Positions 1 through 13,511 of a stretch of DNA of 64,000 bases are shown piece after piece (position 1 is the stretch's first letter; each line of letters begins with the position of its first letter). The notes under the pieces are model-generated. The model had not been told where the DNA came from, did not search any database, and saw nothing but the letters and a program-made list of their open reading frames with translations. The translations under genes were made by a program, and so were the position numbers. The stretch is from Eledone cirrhosa (lineage: Eukaryota): positions 97,526,001 through 97,590,000 of the forward strand of contig OZ024740.1 of assembly GCA_964016885.1 (NCBI GenBank), given 5' to 3'.

Positions 1-140
1 ATCCAAAGTGGACTTACCATGAAAAGCCTAAATGTTAAATGCAATATGCTTGCGCTGCAAAAGCAACAGGGCATATAAACTCACATACACATGAAATAAA
101 TTCTATTGTAAACATTTTAAAACTTTCATGAGTCTAATTA

Positions 141-208
<68 letters not shown>

Positions 209-310
209 ATGTGTGATAAGTAAATTGAAAATAACACTGCAAAACAATGCAGTACATTCAAGATATATATATTAGTTTAATACTTGATATAATAGAAAAA
301 GAGTTTTAAT

Positions 311-1700
311 ATTTTGGGTGTTAGTCCTTCATCAGACAGACGATTGAATGAGAAATAAAAGAGGAAATAGAAAGATAGTAGAAAGTGAGAAGAGAAAGAA
401 ACAAAAAAATGTTGAAGGGAGTAACAACATGTGTGGTCAGAATATGTCTTGGATATTACAGAGATGTTTAATGAGAGAAAATCATTTTGTATTTCGAGTG
501 GACATGTGGATGTGTGAGTGTATGTATGTGCGTTTTTGTTTGTGCAAAACTATGAGTAATTGTAGACGTCTGACTGCACATGCATGCGTAAGCTGACAAA
601 CATAAGGAGTGATAGTGGGTAACCAGTCAGGTAGATATATAGGTGTACATATGTGCACATATTATCATCCAGTTACTCTGCTAGCAAGGTTTGGACAGGT
701 CATCACAGACTGTCTCAATACAAAACCAGGTCAACTGACCTCCTACATAAGTCAAGGGTCTGCATCCCATTTACATACAGTCCCATATGTATGTGTGTGT
801 GAGTGATCATCATTATCAACCACACAAGCTTTGCTTTGTTATGGGTCTTAGCTTGCTGTTTATTATGTTATTTTAGTGTTTGTGTTATTTTAGTGCATGT
901 TCAATGTCAGCTGTAATTTTATTGTGTGGCAAAGGCTCCTTAAGTGTTGTGTAATCGGTGATGTGTTTCAGTCTAGTGTATGGCTTATGATGTATTAATG
1001 AGTTGTTGCTATCTAACATCTTATATCAGTTATTGGTGTTGCAATGTCAGATATTGATTATGTAAGAACAGATGATGTGTTATTTTAAAGGGTGTATGTT
1101 GGGTGTCGAAACTACATTATTTGAGTTGTGCTATTGAATCAATATGTTGTGTCAGGTGTGGACTCTTTTTAACAGAGCTATTCTTTGGACACTGTGTAGC
1201 ATAGTGAACCATGGTATGGCTTATATGCTTTTGCTTATATATATTTTTAATAATAATTTGTGCTCCAATTGTTATTGGCACATTTTTTTTACCTTCAGGC
1301 CTAACATCTAGTTTATTTTGCTTTTGAGATTCTTGTATTTTGGTTGAATGTTTCTTACTTCATTTCAGGTAATATTTTGGCCTGAAGAAATCACAATGTC
1401 TATCAGTTTGCATGTTTTATTTTATTTTCAAATTTTTCAATTCTTTGATTATCAGATCTGGGCAGTTTGCTATTATCTCCAGACCAATATGGAGAGGCAT
1501 GTCTCTGATAACGGAGACTAGGTCATTGTTATGTACCATGTTTGGTATGTGTTTATACCACTTCTTGTTGACTTGTGTGTTTACACAGTGACATGTTGGC
1601 ATATTACGCAGTGGATATAGCTGCTGATTCAATCATTTCTGTGTAAATATTCAGACTTGGCAAGGACTAGGCAGCTGAGAATGATGCTTGGAATTGTCTC
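311..1700 (-). mobile_element. Heavily decayed Penelope-like element remnant with a degenerate hammerhead at its 3' end
   Basis: Minus strand 311-345 reads ctgt-CTGATGA-aggactaacaccc-aaaa, a decayed version of the motif at 41312-41347. The adjoining region has only fragmentary, stop-ridden frames. Boundaries approximate. Confidence 0.4.
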
Positions 1701-1777
1701 CTCATTGTGATGGTTACTGAGTCTGCATCTGATGTTAGAATTAGTTTTTATCTTACTTTTGTAATTGATTACAGCCA

Positions 1778-1925
1778 ATTATTATTATTATTATTATTGT
1801 TATTGTTATTCCTTGAATCTCAGTCATTGATGTTGGTTAACTGGAAAGTCCGTTGGATTGAATATCAAGCCACTACCTGCAGCCTCAGATATTCAGGACG
1901 TATCGGAGGGTTCTTGCCATTCCAA

Positions 1926-1984
<59 letters not shown>

Positions 1985-2123
1985 TTTGAGTCTCAGTCAT
2001 TGATGTTATTTAACTGGAAAGTTTGTTGAAATGAATATGAAGCCGTTACCTGCAGCCTCAGATATTCAGGACGTATCGGAGGGTTCTTGCTGTTCCCAGC
2101 AAGCATGCTTTTTGAAGTGTTCC

Positions 2124-2150
<27 letters not shown>
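1778..2150 (-). mobile_element. Two tandem 5'-truncated 3' ends of an R4/Dong-like non-LTR retrotransposon within (TAA)n
   Basis: 1813-1925 and 1985-2100 are near-identical. Minus strand encodes ...KACLLGTARTLRYVLNI*, a typical R4/Dong C-terminus, followed by a 3' UTR and (TAA)n tails. Confidence 0.65.
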
Positions 2151-2154
<4 letters not shown>

Positions 2155-2155
2155 A

Positions 2156-2818
2156 TGTAAGTGGATTGGCAGAATCAGTAGAGCGTCAGACACCCTGCTT
2201 TGCCACATAGAGTTATGGCCCTTTACGTTCTGAATTCAAATCCTGCCATGGTTAACTTTGCCTTCTATCCTTACGAACTCGATAAAATGATGTCCCAGTA
2301 ATGCACTGGAGTAATTGCAGGCCTTGTGCCTAAAGTAGAAACAAGTATTATTATAATTATTATAAAGGGCGGTGGTTTGGTAGTATTTATAAAGTGTCGA
2401 ATGTTATGCTTTGTGGCACATAGTAACGGCTTTTTACATTCTGAGTTCAAATTCTGTGGAGGTTAGCTTTGCCTCTCATCCTTACGGGGTCGATAAAATA
2501 AAGTATCTGTTATGTACTGGGGTTGATTTAGTTGACTTTTCCCTTTCCATTCAAATTGTTGGCATCGTGCCAAATAATAAAACAATTGTTATTATTATTA
2601 TTATGAGGGCAGTGGATTGGCAGCAGTATCGGTAGAGGGTCGGACGCCAAGCTTTGCAGCAAAGAGATACGGCCCTTTATGGTGTGAGTTCAAATCCCGC
2701 CGAGGTTAACTTTGCCTTTCATTCTTACGGGGTCGATAAAATAAAGTACCAGTAATGCACTGGTGAATTGCTCGCCTTGTGCAAAAAGTAGAAACAATTA
2801 TTATTATTATTATTATTG
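2156..2818 (+). mobile_element. Three tandem tRNA-derived SINEs
   Basis: Each copy has an A-box-like tggcag..ggtagag, B-box gttcaaatcc, body ctttgcctttcatccttacggggtcgataaaataaagtacc, and a gtagaaacaattattatt tail. Confidence 0.8.
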
Positions 2819-2959
2819 TTCATGTTTGTCAATCTCAGACATCATCGTCGATTAACTCTATTTTCCACACTAACATGATCTTAGATGTTAAATGAGCTGA
2901 ATATTTCTGTTAGGTAACAGTCAAAAACAAGTTGTTAAATTCCATCACTGCATCCTCTC

Positions 2960-4015
2960 CTCTGCCTTATATAGACACAATCTTTCATAAAATCCTTTCT
3001 GTATGAAGATGTGCCAAATTCTGCATGACCTGTAACCTAACATCAATACCAATTCTATTTAAATAATCCTCAAAACTGTCCGATATGCATCCCAATGGTC
3101 CAATCACCAGTGAAATCACTAAAACCTTCTTCATGCCTACTACTTTCCAACCTCGACCTTCAGTGGTTCTTACATCCCCATCTTTTGATGCTCTTTATCC
3201 TTCATTCTAATATCTCCTGGGATAGAAATATCGATAATTTGGGCCTCTTTTTTCTTATTTACAGCTAAAATGTCTGGCATCCTTGCCTCAATCATTCTAT
3301 CCAATTGAATCTTGAAGTCCCATAGAAACTTAAAATTTCATTCTCTAACACCTATTCAAGTCTCTGCTAATACAATTCTGTTGCACTAACAAATCCACAT
3401 TTCTCAGATATCATTTGATGGATATATTTCTGGCAACATTATCATGTCATCTTTTGTACTCTCACTGTTCCAACTTAACACATTCACTTACAAAATGGCT
3501 GACCATTTCTCCTTTTGTTCAACACATTCTACATAATGGTGATTTTATTGTTTTGCCAACATGATGTTTAATGGAGGTAGATCAAAGATTCTGCTCCTGG
3601 AGGTTTCACACCTTTTTAAGGCTCCAACAACTCTTACCCAACATTTTAAAATGTTCTATTTCAAGATCCTTGCACGTGGAACACATTGTTAATATCTTAC
3701 AAAATACATTGCAATCAGTACATTCTGCCATAACTATCATGAAGCACATTTTGTTTTTTTATCTTATATTATGATATCTGGTCTATTGGCTTTCGTTGTC
3801 TTGTCAGTGAGCATTGAAGGTGAGTTTATGACTTTATAACACACCTAGATATTTATATGCTACGTCTGTTTCAGGTGACCTTTTGACACCAGGTGCTAAT
3901 TCAATTCCATCGCATCTTCCCATCTTTCCCTTCTTTATATTTATCATTGCTAATTTTGAAATGTTAAACTCCGCCCCAATGACTTCAGAAATTACTCTGA
4001 TTGTTTGCACTAATC
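2960..4015 (-). pseudogene. R4/Dong-clade (restriction-like endonuclease) non-LTR retrotransposon relic
   Basis: Manual minus-strand translation gives YKYLGV (RT end), CRMC..EMVSHFVSEC (CCHC), HDNVAR, and LWDFKIQLDRMIEARMPDI..IIDISIP (RLE). Many stops and frameshifts. Confidence 0.75.
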
Positions 4016-4355
4016 TGAGAGCTGCTGATAGAAAGAAAACTAAAGAGACAACGAAGTCATAAGCACAATCAAACGGAATTCATTAGTAATACAACCCTCC
4101 AAGTACTTGGTGGGGAAAATTTTGTAGCTAATTTGTTCCGGAGATGACCGGGCTTACCTTGCTGAACCGTAGGACACCTGCCGAATGAGAGACTTCAACT
4201 TGAGGTTCCAGTCAGTCCTAATTACGCTGTTTTCTACATTCATTACAGATGGTAGGGTTGCAACTGTCAGAAGACCATCTCGACGACTGAAGATCCTGGA
4301 GTTCTGTGTTTTTTTTTTTTTTTTTTTTTAAACCATTTTCCAGGTTTCCCCTTCA

Positions 4356-4419
<64 letters not shown>

Positions 4420-4604
4420 CGTGAACACACCTATATATGTAGCAAATAGAATATGTACTAAAAATAGATTGTGGTGAATGAAAAGACGATGTAATGAAAA
4501 TAAGGCTTAAAATGCGATATATGTATGTGGGCAATGATTTAAAATATAGTATTACCATTTTTGTAATGAGATGGTGTTCGTTTTTCTGGGAGTGAGAAAA
4601 ACCA

Positions 4605-4713
<109 letters not shown>

Positions 4714-4841
4714 AAAGTTTTATTTAAAATTGTTGGGTTACAACGAGTAAATATTTAATAACTGATATGAAAGCACTCAACAGTTTCTGGAGTAGGTTTA
4801 CGATATTAAACAAATGGAAACTATATTTATAAAACCATATT

Positions 4842-4907
4842 TATTTCGTTATATATATTTCTGGGATATCATATTAAAAATATGGTATGCCTTCCTCAGA
4901 CAAAATA
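4842..4907 (-). ncRNA. Type I hammerhead ribozyme motif (inverted pLTR copy)
   Basis: Reverse complement of the motif at 7815-7880. Confidence 0.7.
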
Positions 4908-5271
4908 CAATACATAAGCTGTTTTATAAATAATTTTGACATACCTTATAATAATGCAACTTCCATTTAAAAAGTTGATTTGGTAGTGAAACTGTTATGA
5001 CAGTTATATAGAAAGAAAAACGAAGATGAAAAGAAGAAGATGAAGAGATGTATGTAAATAAAAAGAAGAAGATGAAGAGATGTATGTAAAGAAAAACAAC
5101 AGAGCGAGATAGAGAGAGAAGGAGATATGGGAGAGAGAAATACATTGAGGAAGTGAAAAAATATAGTAGGCAGCTTTTGGACAGATGATCATCGTATATG
5201 TGAGAGGTTAAGGAGGGAAGGGATACAGTTAAATTAGCCGACACATAAATCACGTCCAGAGGAGAAAAAAT

Positions 5272-6539
5272 ACTATGGGATCATCAGACTCAGCTCAGGT
5301 AACGGACCTTGTGGGCCTATTTATAATTAATTCGCTGCATAGGAAAATACCCGGTGTTACCTGAGGTTTATATAGAGATGACATGCTTTTACTTATTGAA
5401 AATAATAACTCTGAACTAAATAAGAAAAGAAAACAAATTATACAATTTTTTAATTACTTTAATCTAAAAATAGAAATTGAGAATAACCATAGAATAGTCA
5501 ATTTCCTAGACGTAACATTAAGTCTCAACACACGTCTTCACTATCCATTTCACAAGTTAAATGAAAACTTGAATTATGTCACTTTTAGCTCCAATCACCC
5601 CAGATCTGTCAAAAATACTATAGTGAACTCTGTTCAAAAACGTATCTCTAGAATCTCTTCCAATAAAAATATTTTTGACGAAAAAGCCCAGTATTATAAT
5701 GAAGCGTTAGCTAGAGCAGGATATAGTGATAAAATTATGTACATCGATAATAGACAAACTAACCAAAATAACAACAATTTTAATTACAGTAACAACTTTA
5801 ACAACTATAATAGAAAGCACTACAATAATTCCAAAAACCAGAAAAGAAATAGAACTAGAAATATAATATGGTTTGCCCCCCCCCCTTCTCACTAAACATT
5901 AAAACCCACATCGCTAAACTATTTTTTAATGCTCTTGACAAACGCTTCCCTAGAACACATAAGTATCACTCAATTTTCAATAGACATACTATAAAACTAA
6001 CGTACTCGTCCACCAAAAATTTAGCACAAAATATTAATAGAATAAATAATAGGAATCTAAAACCTAGCCAAAATACCGAAAATAGCCTAAACAATATTCA
6101 AGTAAAAAACTGTAACTGTAGAGATAGATCTAAATGTCCGCTAAATAACAATTGCTTAGTTAAAAATATAATATACAACTGTAATGTTAAAACTGATTTA
6201 AATTCTTTTACTTATGTTGGTTCCACCTCGACAGAATTTAAACTTCGCTATAATAATCACAAAAACTCTTTCACGGATCCAAATAAAAAATCTTCAACAT
6301 CGCTGTCAGGCTTACTCTGGCAACTTAAACATGATAAAGTTGGATATTCGATGGTTTGGAATATAGTCTCAAAAGGAATTCCTTTTAATTCCTCTTCTGA
6401 GACATGTGACCTCTGCGCGGGGGAGATATTCTTTATACTAAAATCTAAAAATTTCCTTAATTTACGAACCAATTTATTCAGCTGCTGCAGACATAGATTG
6501 AACTCAACTTTTAAATATAAATATAAATTTAAAATGTAG
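5272..6539 (+). pseudogene. Penelope-like RT C-terminal half plus GIY-YIG endonuclease (one stop, one frameshift)
   Basis: TMGSSDSAQVTDLVG, GLYRDD, FLDV, SNHP, then CNCRDRSKCPL, IIY..YVGST..RY..H and CDLC..CRH. TGA near 5362; frameshift in the poly-C at 5876-5885. Confidence 0.9.
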
Positions 6540-7814
6540 TATAAAATGTAGTATATTTACTTAAGATATTTAACTATTTATGAAACTTGGCGATAAATCT
6601 TTCGATTCCTTCAATTTTTTTTAAAACCTTTCTGCATGAATATATAATTAATGAGATTAAATAAACTACCCTAAAATTGGCGATGTTCCCAATCTTTTGA
6701 ATAAATTTTTAAGCTGGATAAACTTCTATAATAAATATAAGAGCATTTGTAGAATAAGTTTTGAATGATTTCTGCTAAATAAGGCTTGGTGAACAATTTT
6801 GGTTTTGTTTGCTTTTGATTCTGATTTTATGTGACTGATATGCGTGGCATACTATGTTCTATTGCGTCCCTAGATACTCTGTGGAGTGACGAAGATATTC
6901 TTGGCGTTTTTAATTTTTAATATTGATATCTGTTGTCTATTCTATGCTTGATCGATAATCATGCAAGTGAGGCAGGAATGTTACTTTAAATGTTAATGTA
7001 TATCTTATATATTTTATGTCTATATATGTGTATATATGTATGTAGATATATGTAGGGTGGAATATTTTGTAACGCAATGAAGATTTTCATGAAATATAAG
7101 AATCTGTGGAGCATATCACGTAAGTTCACATATGTGTCTATAATTATCAACTTGAATTTGAGATAACCTTCTCTTTTCTCTTTTTTCTTTTTTCATGAGA
7201 ATGCATATATACTTATGTTTGAAGTTTTGTCTCAGATTTTGCTTGTAGACCTAAGAATGTTTAAACTAAGCATGGGGTTATTTTTTCACACATTATGGAC
7301 ATGTATCTCATTCATGAATACTGATATTTACATTATAATACCTAATTTTACATTATAATACCTAATTCATAAAAATTGATAATTCAAATGGATGAGACAT
7401 GATATATTTTTAATATATTTTAAATATATCATCTTTCTTTCTTTTTCTTTTTCTCCTCTACACTGGACGTGATTTATGTGTCGGCTAGTTTAACTGTTTC
7501 CCTTCCCTCCTTAACCTCTCACATATACGATGATCATCTGTTCAAAAGCTGCCTACTATATTTTTTCACTTCCTCAATGTATTTCTCTCTCCCATATCTC
7601 CTTCTCTCTCTATCTCGCTCTGTTGTTTTTCTTTACATACATCTCTTCATCTTCTTCTTTTTATTTACATACATCTCTTCATCTTCTTCTTTTCATCTTC
7701 GTTTTTCTTTCTATATAACTGTCATAACAGTTTCACTACCAAATCAACTTTTTAAATGGAAGTTGCATTATTATAAGGTATGTCAAAATTATTTATAAAA
7801 CAGTTTATGTATTG

Positions 7815-7880
7815 TATTTTGTCTGAGGAAGGCATACCATATTTTTAATATGATATCCCAGAAATATATATAACGAAATA
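7815..7880 (+). ncRNA. Type I hammerhead ribozyme motif in PLE pLTR
   Basis: tattttgt-CTGAGGA-(stem II including catatt/aatatg)-GAAA-tatata-TA-acgaaata; 8-bp stem I and palindromic stem III. Confidence 0.75.
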
Positions 7881-7920
7881 AATATGGTTTTATAAATATA
7901 GTTTCCATTTGTTTAATATC

Positions 7921-8005
<85 letters not shown>

Positions 8006-8206
8006 AAAATGAATGAATAATAACAGGTAGACATCATAAAAAGGTAATTTATTCCACGGTGGTTGTACAGCCTAGTTAAGCCATGTGCAAATTTACAACT
8101 ATTTGCAAAACTCAATTATCAAATGCTGTGACCACTGTATCATCAGAGCAGAATGGTTAAAATGTACAATGTAAAAACCATTACTACATCTAGGGTAACC
8201 CTATAC

Positions 8207-8400
<194 letters not shown>

Positions 8401-9019
8401 ACCCACAGGGTCTGTGAGACAGTGAACTACAGTTCAACTGATTGAAATCATCCCTGCAACTATTCATGTTGACTCCGTTAGCTGGTATTTTTCAGAATCC
8501 ATCATTCTATCTCCGAAACCTGAGAATAGGCAGATGCCGATTTTTATATCAAAATCGTAGACATAGTGACGCCTAAAAAACGATTACAATAAGAAACTGA
8601 TCTATGAGGGCACACAGGGTCATGTTTTTGGTGGCCACAGATAGCGCGAAAGAAACCCTATTGAAGAGAGTATCAAATTACTGCTACATATCTATCGTTT
8701 CACTATTAACTGTATACAAAAACGATATAATCATAGTTTATATCAGTACGTCCAGTATTGAAATATTGTTTGTTCAATAGTTCCTAAAAATGCTCATATT
8801 ACTACAGTGCTTTCAAAGCGAAAGTATATAGTGCTACAATGCATTATCTAAATAAAAAGTTTGACGACTTCGAAATATATGTTTCTTTAACTTCTCAGTA
8901 CATCCAGTAATGAAATAACATTTATTACTTCATTGTGTAAATATGTAAACGATATAAAAGAAACCTACTCCCGAATAAAACAGCATGTGTAAAGTCAAAT
9001 AACCATTCTTTTTCTTTCA

Positions 9020-9155
9020 CTGATGTTAGCTTTGCCTTTCATCCTTACGGGGTCGATGAAATAAATTACCAGTAACGCACCGGGCCGATTTAATCAGCTT
9101 TTTCATCTGCTAAACTGTTGGTCCTGTGCATAAATCAGAAAGCATTATTGTTATT
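9020..9155 (+). mobile_element. SINE fragment (same family as 2156-2818)
   Basis: ctttgcctttcatccttacggggtcgatgaaataaattaccag body plus tail. Confidence 0.7.
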
Positions 9156-10242
9156 TCTATCATTATATATTCAGGCATAATACATCTAAGGCTATATTAT
9201 CAAATATTTATCCTTCCCTGTTTTACAAGACAGTAGTGTTTGATATCAGAGTGTTGGGTGCGATTTAAAGCATATCCGGTGCCAACATAAAAGTCATCTT
9301 ATTGGCTAGTTGTTGTTAGACTATTAGATTGTCAGGCAGAATGTTTTGCTATACATTGTTATGTCCGTTTACATTCTTCGTCCATACCTTGCCAATGTAA
9401 GCTTACTCCTTTCATCCTCATGGCATTGATAAAAATATGAACCAGAAAATTACTAAGTTTGATATATTTGATAGTTGTTCTTGTTACATTTCATAATATT
9501 TGTAGCAGTGAATGCTATATTTTCTTACATGTCTTTATTTGTATGTCCTAATGTCAAATCTCAATGAGGTGCACTTGTCATTTCACTCTTTAAAATTATT
9601 TTCCTCAGCACTGCCATCCCGTCGCGCACACACGCTAAAAGCACTTTGGATATTTTGCTCTTTAATATACTATGTCTATAAAAAGGCAAAAAGTCATGGT
9701 TGAAATCCTTTCATAAGATGTCTGCTCCTTGTTTAGAGTAGATCAGTGGTAGCAAACCAACTTCAATAACCTAAGACTTGTAGCTGTCCCCAATAACTGT
9801 ATTATGCTAAAATAACTTCAGAGAGTATACTTAGAACAGAAGCAAAGCATCATCCAACAGACCAAACAAATACGAAAACACACAAACAATCATGCTCAAA
9901 GATAATATGTGGCCATTTACTAATATAGGAAATCATTATTTATAGTGTTTGTATATATTTCCTTTGCTTAACATGCATCGAAGTGATTGAATATGTACCA
10001 GAGAGGTAGTGGAAAAGCCAGAGATTCAATATATATTCAAGAAATTGAGTAAACCTTTATGTCGCTGCTCAAAGCTGGAAACCAAGATACAAGAAGAGTT
10101 TGGTTTGAAATTGAATGATTGATTGAGTAAATTAAATCAATATATTTTAATCAGAACATTGTAACTAATAGTACTCTGCTACAGCTGTTCACTAAACAAA
10201 TAACTGTTCTCTAATGGAAGCTATGCATACATACATGTGTGT

Positions 10243-10345
<103 letters not shown>

Positions 10346-10492
10346 CGTGTGAATATATATATATATATATATATAGGTTGAAATAAAATGAAAACGAAAT
10401 TTCATTTCTCACTCTTAGTACGCCACTTACTTAAATGTAAGTATGTGTATATACGTACATACATATATGTATACAGACGTACAGTAGCATGC

Positions 10493-10595
<103 letters not shown>

Positions 10596-10703
10596 CATAC
10601 AGGTAAACATACGTATATGCACGTATCAGTTTAGCGGACGCTTATTATAACGCCGCTTTGTTCGTTTGTAAACAAACTGAACAACTATCTGGCAGATGGG
10701 TAT

Positions 10704-10746
10704 ACGGTGCTGATGATAGCTAACAAGCTTGAAACTAGTACATCGT
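10704..10746 (+). ncRNA. Minimal type I hammerhead ribozyme
   Basis: acggtg-CTGATGA-tagct aaca agctt-GAAA-ctag-TA-catcgt. Confidence 0.85.
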
Positions 10747-10923
10747 TCCTGTGTCAGTGTTGAACAAAAAGGTGACGTGGTTGCCTTAACACCGTACGGC
10801 ATAAAAAATTCAGGCTGTTCAGTTTGTTTACAAAGAAACAAAGCGGCGTTATAATAAGCGTCCGCTAAACTGATACGTGCATATATGTATGTGTACCTGT
10901 ATGTATATGTATATATATATATG

Positions 10924-10969
<46 letters not shown>

Positions 10970-11205
10970 TGCTACTGTACGCCTGTATACATATATGTAT
11001 GTACGTATACACACATACTTACATTTAAGTAAGTGCCGTACTAAGAGTGAGAAATGAAATTTCGTTTTCATTTTATTTCAACTTATCGTTTTCGGTATGC
11101 CTGACCGACTTAGCTCACTCCATATGCAAATTAGGCTGCTCAGCCGTTAATTTTCATAAGGAAAGTATATACTTTCGAACGTTCAACTATCTGGCAGATG
11201 GGTAT

Positions 11206-11248
11206 ACGGTGCTGATGATAGTTAACAAGCTTGAAACTAGTACATCGT
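11206..11248 (+). ncRNA. Minimal type I hammerhead ribozyme (second tandem copy)
   Basis: acggtg-CTGATGA-tagtt aaca agctt-GAAA-ctag-TA-catcgt; the C>T change in stem II leaves a U.G pair. Confidence 0.85.
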
Positions 11249-11438
11249 TCCTGTGTCAGTGTTGAACAAAAAGGTGACGTGGTTGCCTTAACACCGTACG
11301 GCATAAAAATTCAGGCTGTTCAGTTTGTTTACAAACGAACAATGCGGCGTTATAATAAGCGTCCGCTAAACTGATACGTGCATATATGTATGTGTACCTG
11401 TATGTATATGTATATATATATATGTATATATATATATG

Positions 11439-11474
<36 letters not shown>

Positions 11475-11526
11475 TGCTACTGTACGTCTGTATACATATA
11501 TTATGTACGTATACACACATACTTAC

Positions 11527-11586
<60 letters not shown>

Positions 11587-11853
11587 ATGAAATGAGATTT
11601 CATTTCTCACTCATAGTACGGATGATACTTAAATGTAGGTATGTATACGTACATACATATATGTTAAACAGACATACAGTAGTATGTATATATATATACA
11701 TACATGCACACATATATATATATATATATATGTATGTATGGGTTTACCGAACATTTATTATTTGTTAGGTTTGTTTGTAAACAAACAACCCGAATTAAGC
11801 CCTACAGTGTTCGGCAACCATCGTCGCCCTTTTCTTCAACACTGACAAAGGAA

Positions 11854-11894
11854 CGATAAACTAGTTTCAAGCTTATTAGCTATCGTCAGAATCG
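11854..11894 (-). ncRNA. Diverged hammerhead of the same family in the loop of a second fold-back (11638-11806 / 11904-12060)
   Basis: Minus strand: cgatt-CTGACGA-tagctaataagctt-GAAA-ctag-TT-tatcg. Confidence 0.65.
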
Positions 11895-12462
11895 GACACC
11901 TTCCTGTACGGCTTAATTCGGGCTGTTTGTTTACAAACAAACCGAACATTATAATAAATGTTCGGTAAACCCATACTTACATATATATATGTGTGCATGT
12001 ATGTATATATATACATACTACTGTACGTCTGTATACATATATGTATGTACGTATACATACTTATATATATATTTATATATACCCATATATAGACATTGCA
12101 TATTTTGAATATATAAAGTAACTCTACAAACTTCCCTGCTTCTATTTATTTTATCATTGCTCTAAGACCTACCAGTTTTCATTTTTTCTTTAGAGTTAAT
12201 GTATATTGTTGTGCTGGTACAACGACAAAAGTTACCCAGTACACTTGTAAGGTGGTCGTTTCAGTGTAACGATAAAAAAATCCATTGTAATGTAGTTAGA
12301 GCAAGGAAGGAGATCCAGCCATAGTAACTAAGCCAAAATAGTAACACGTTTCAGCAAGACGTGGTCTCTGGACCTGTCTTGTCTTATAACGTGACAGCTC
12401 GTCTAGCCTATTCAAGCATTGAAAGTGGACGTTGAACGATGAAGAGGATAATAATGATAATA

Positions 12463-12509
<47 letters not shown>

Positions 12510-12554
12510 TATATATATATATATATCAATATATATATATAGGGAAAAGTATGT

Positions 12555-12719
12555 CCCCATTTCGACGGCTATTTCTGGACGTCCACCAGAAATAGCCGTC
12601 GAGACGGCTTGAGCTCTGCCGTCGGGATCATACTTTTTCCTATTCACACTCTACTACCCTAAGTATTAAGTACTCTGGTGCGATATGGTCCATCTGGTTC
12701 CTTACCACAATTCCTTTGT

Positions 12720-12720
<1 letters not shown>
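12555..12720. repeat. Short hairpin-headed dispersed repeat (other copies 36988-37160 and 58615-58797)
   Basis: Shared tail actctactaccctaagtatt.agtact.tggtg.g.tatggtcca..tggt..cttaccaca, preceded by a fold-back. Confidence 0.75.
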
Positions 12721-12753
<33 letters not shown>

Positions 12754-12879
12754 TATATTTATTAAAATAACAGATTAAAGTTTAAGCATAAATCGCTGCT
12801 GTCACCCTTAACGGGATCTTCTGAAACTAACAAGTCAATCTTTGAACGCAGAAGTGAATATTTCAAAAAACGTTGCAAG

Positions 12880-13511
12880 TGGAGGTATATGATTTTTAAA
12901 GCGATGAAATACCAATGAAGGTTGGAAAATCACTGATGAAGGACTATTTTATCATATGTAACCCATGTGCAACCACGCAGTATTCATTCTTCTCATGTTT
13001 TCATATATATTTTCCCCAGCTGCGTTTGTCTGTTTCTCTCTTACTGCTTCCCCCCTCTCTCTGTTTCTCACCTTCTTTCGCCCCCTCTGTCAGTTACACT
13101 TTCTCTCGACTGGCCTCTTCCTCGCACTTCCACTCACCCACTCTCTGTTCCTCCCCTTCTCACTTCCTCCCGTTTTGCCTGAAGTGGGGTCCTTTCTTGC
13201 TCACACCTCACTCGCGTCGGACGGTCTGCTGTCTCTCGCTCATGAAATCCACACAGCTTATGCTGATCGGACTCCCATGTGCTTGTTTTTTCCTATCCTT
13301 GCGTTGTTATCCTTCTATGTTTGTTTATTTGTCTCGCTCGCTTTACGCGATTTACTTGTCCCAATAGCTTTATTTAGCTATTGCTCGCACCAACTGGAGG
13401 TATATGATTTTTAAAGCTATGAAATACCAATGAAGGTTGGAAAATCACTGGTGAAGGACTATTTTTATCATATGTAACCCATGTACAACCACGCAGTATT
13501 CATTCTTCTCA

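Larger units (their letters stand above)
4715..7921 (+). mobile_element. 5'-truncated Penelope-like retroelement with inverted pseudo-LTR
   Basis: 4801-5270 is the reverse complement of about 7447-7921. Internal RT/GIY-YIG coding sequence; flanked on both sides by (TA)n. Confidence 0.9.

Noticed and set aside
4020-4310. Complex segment with an acceptor-like ttcattacag|ATG and a CTGAAGA
   Set aside because: No extended ORF, donor site or GAAA partner; left unassigned.
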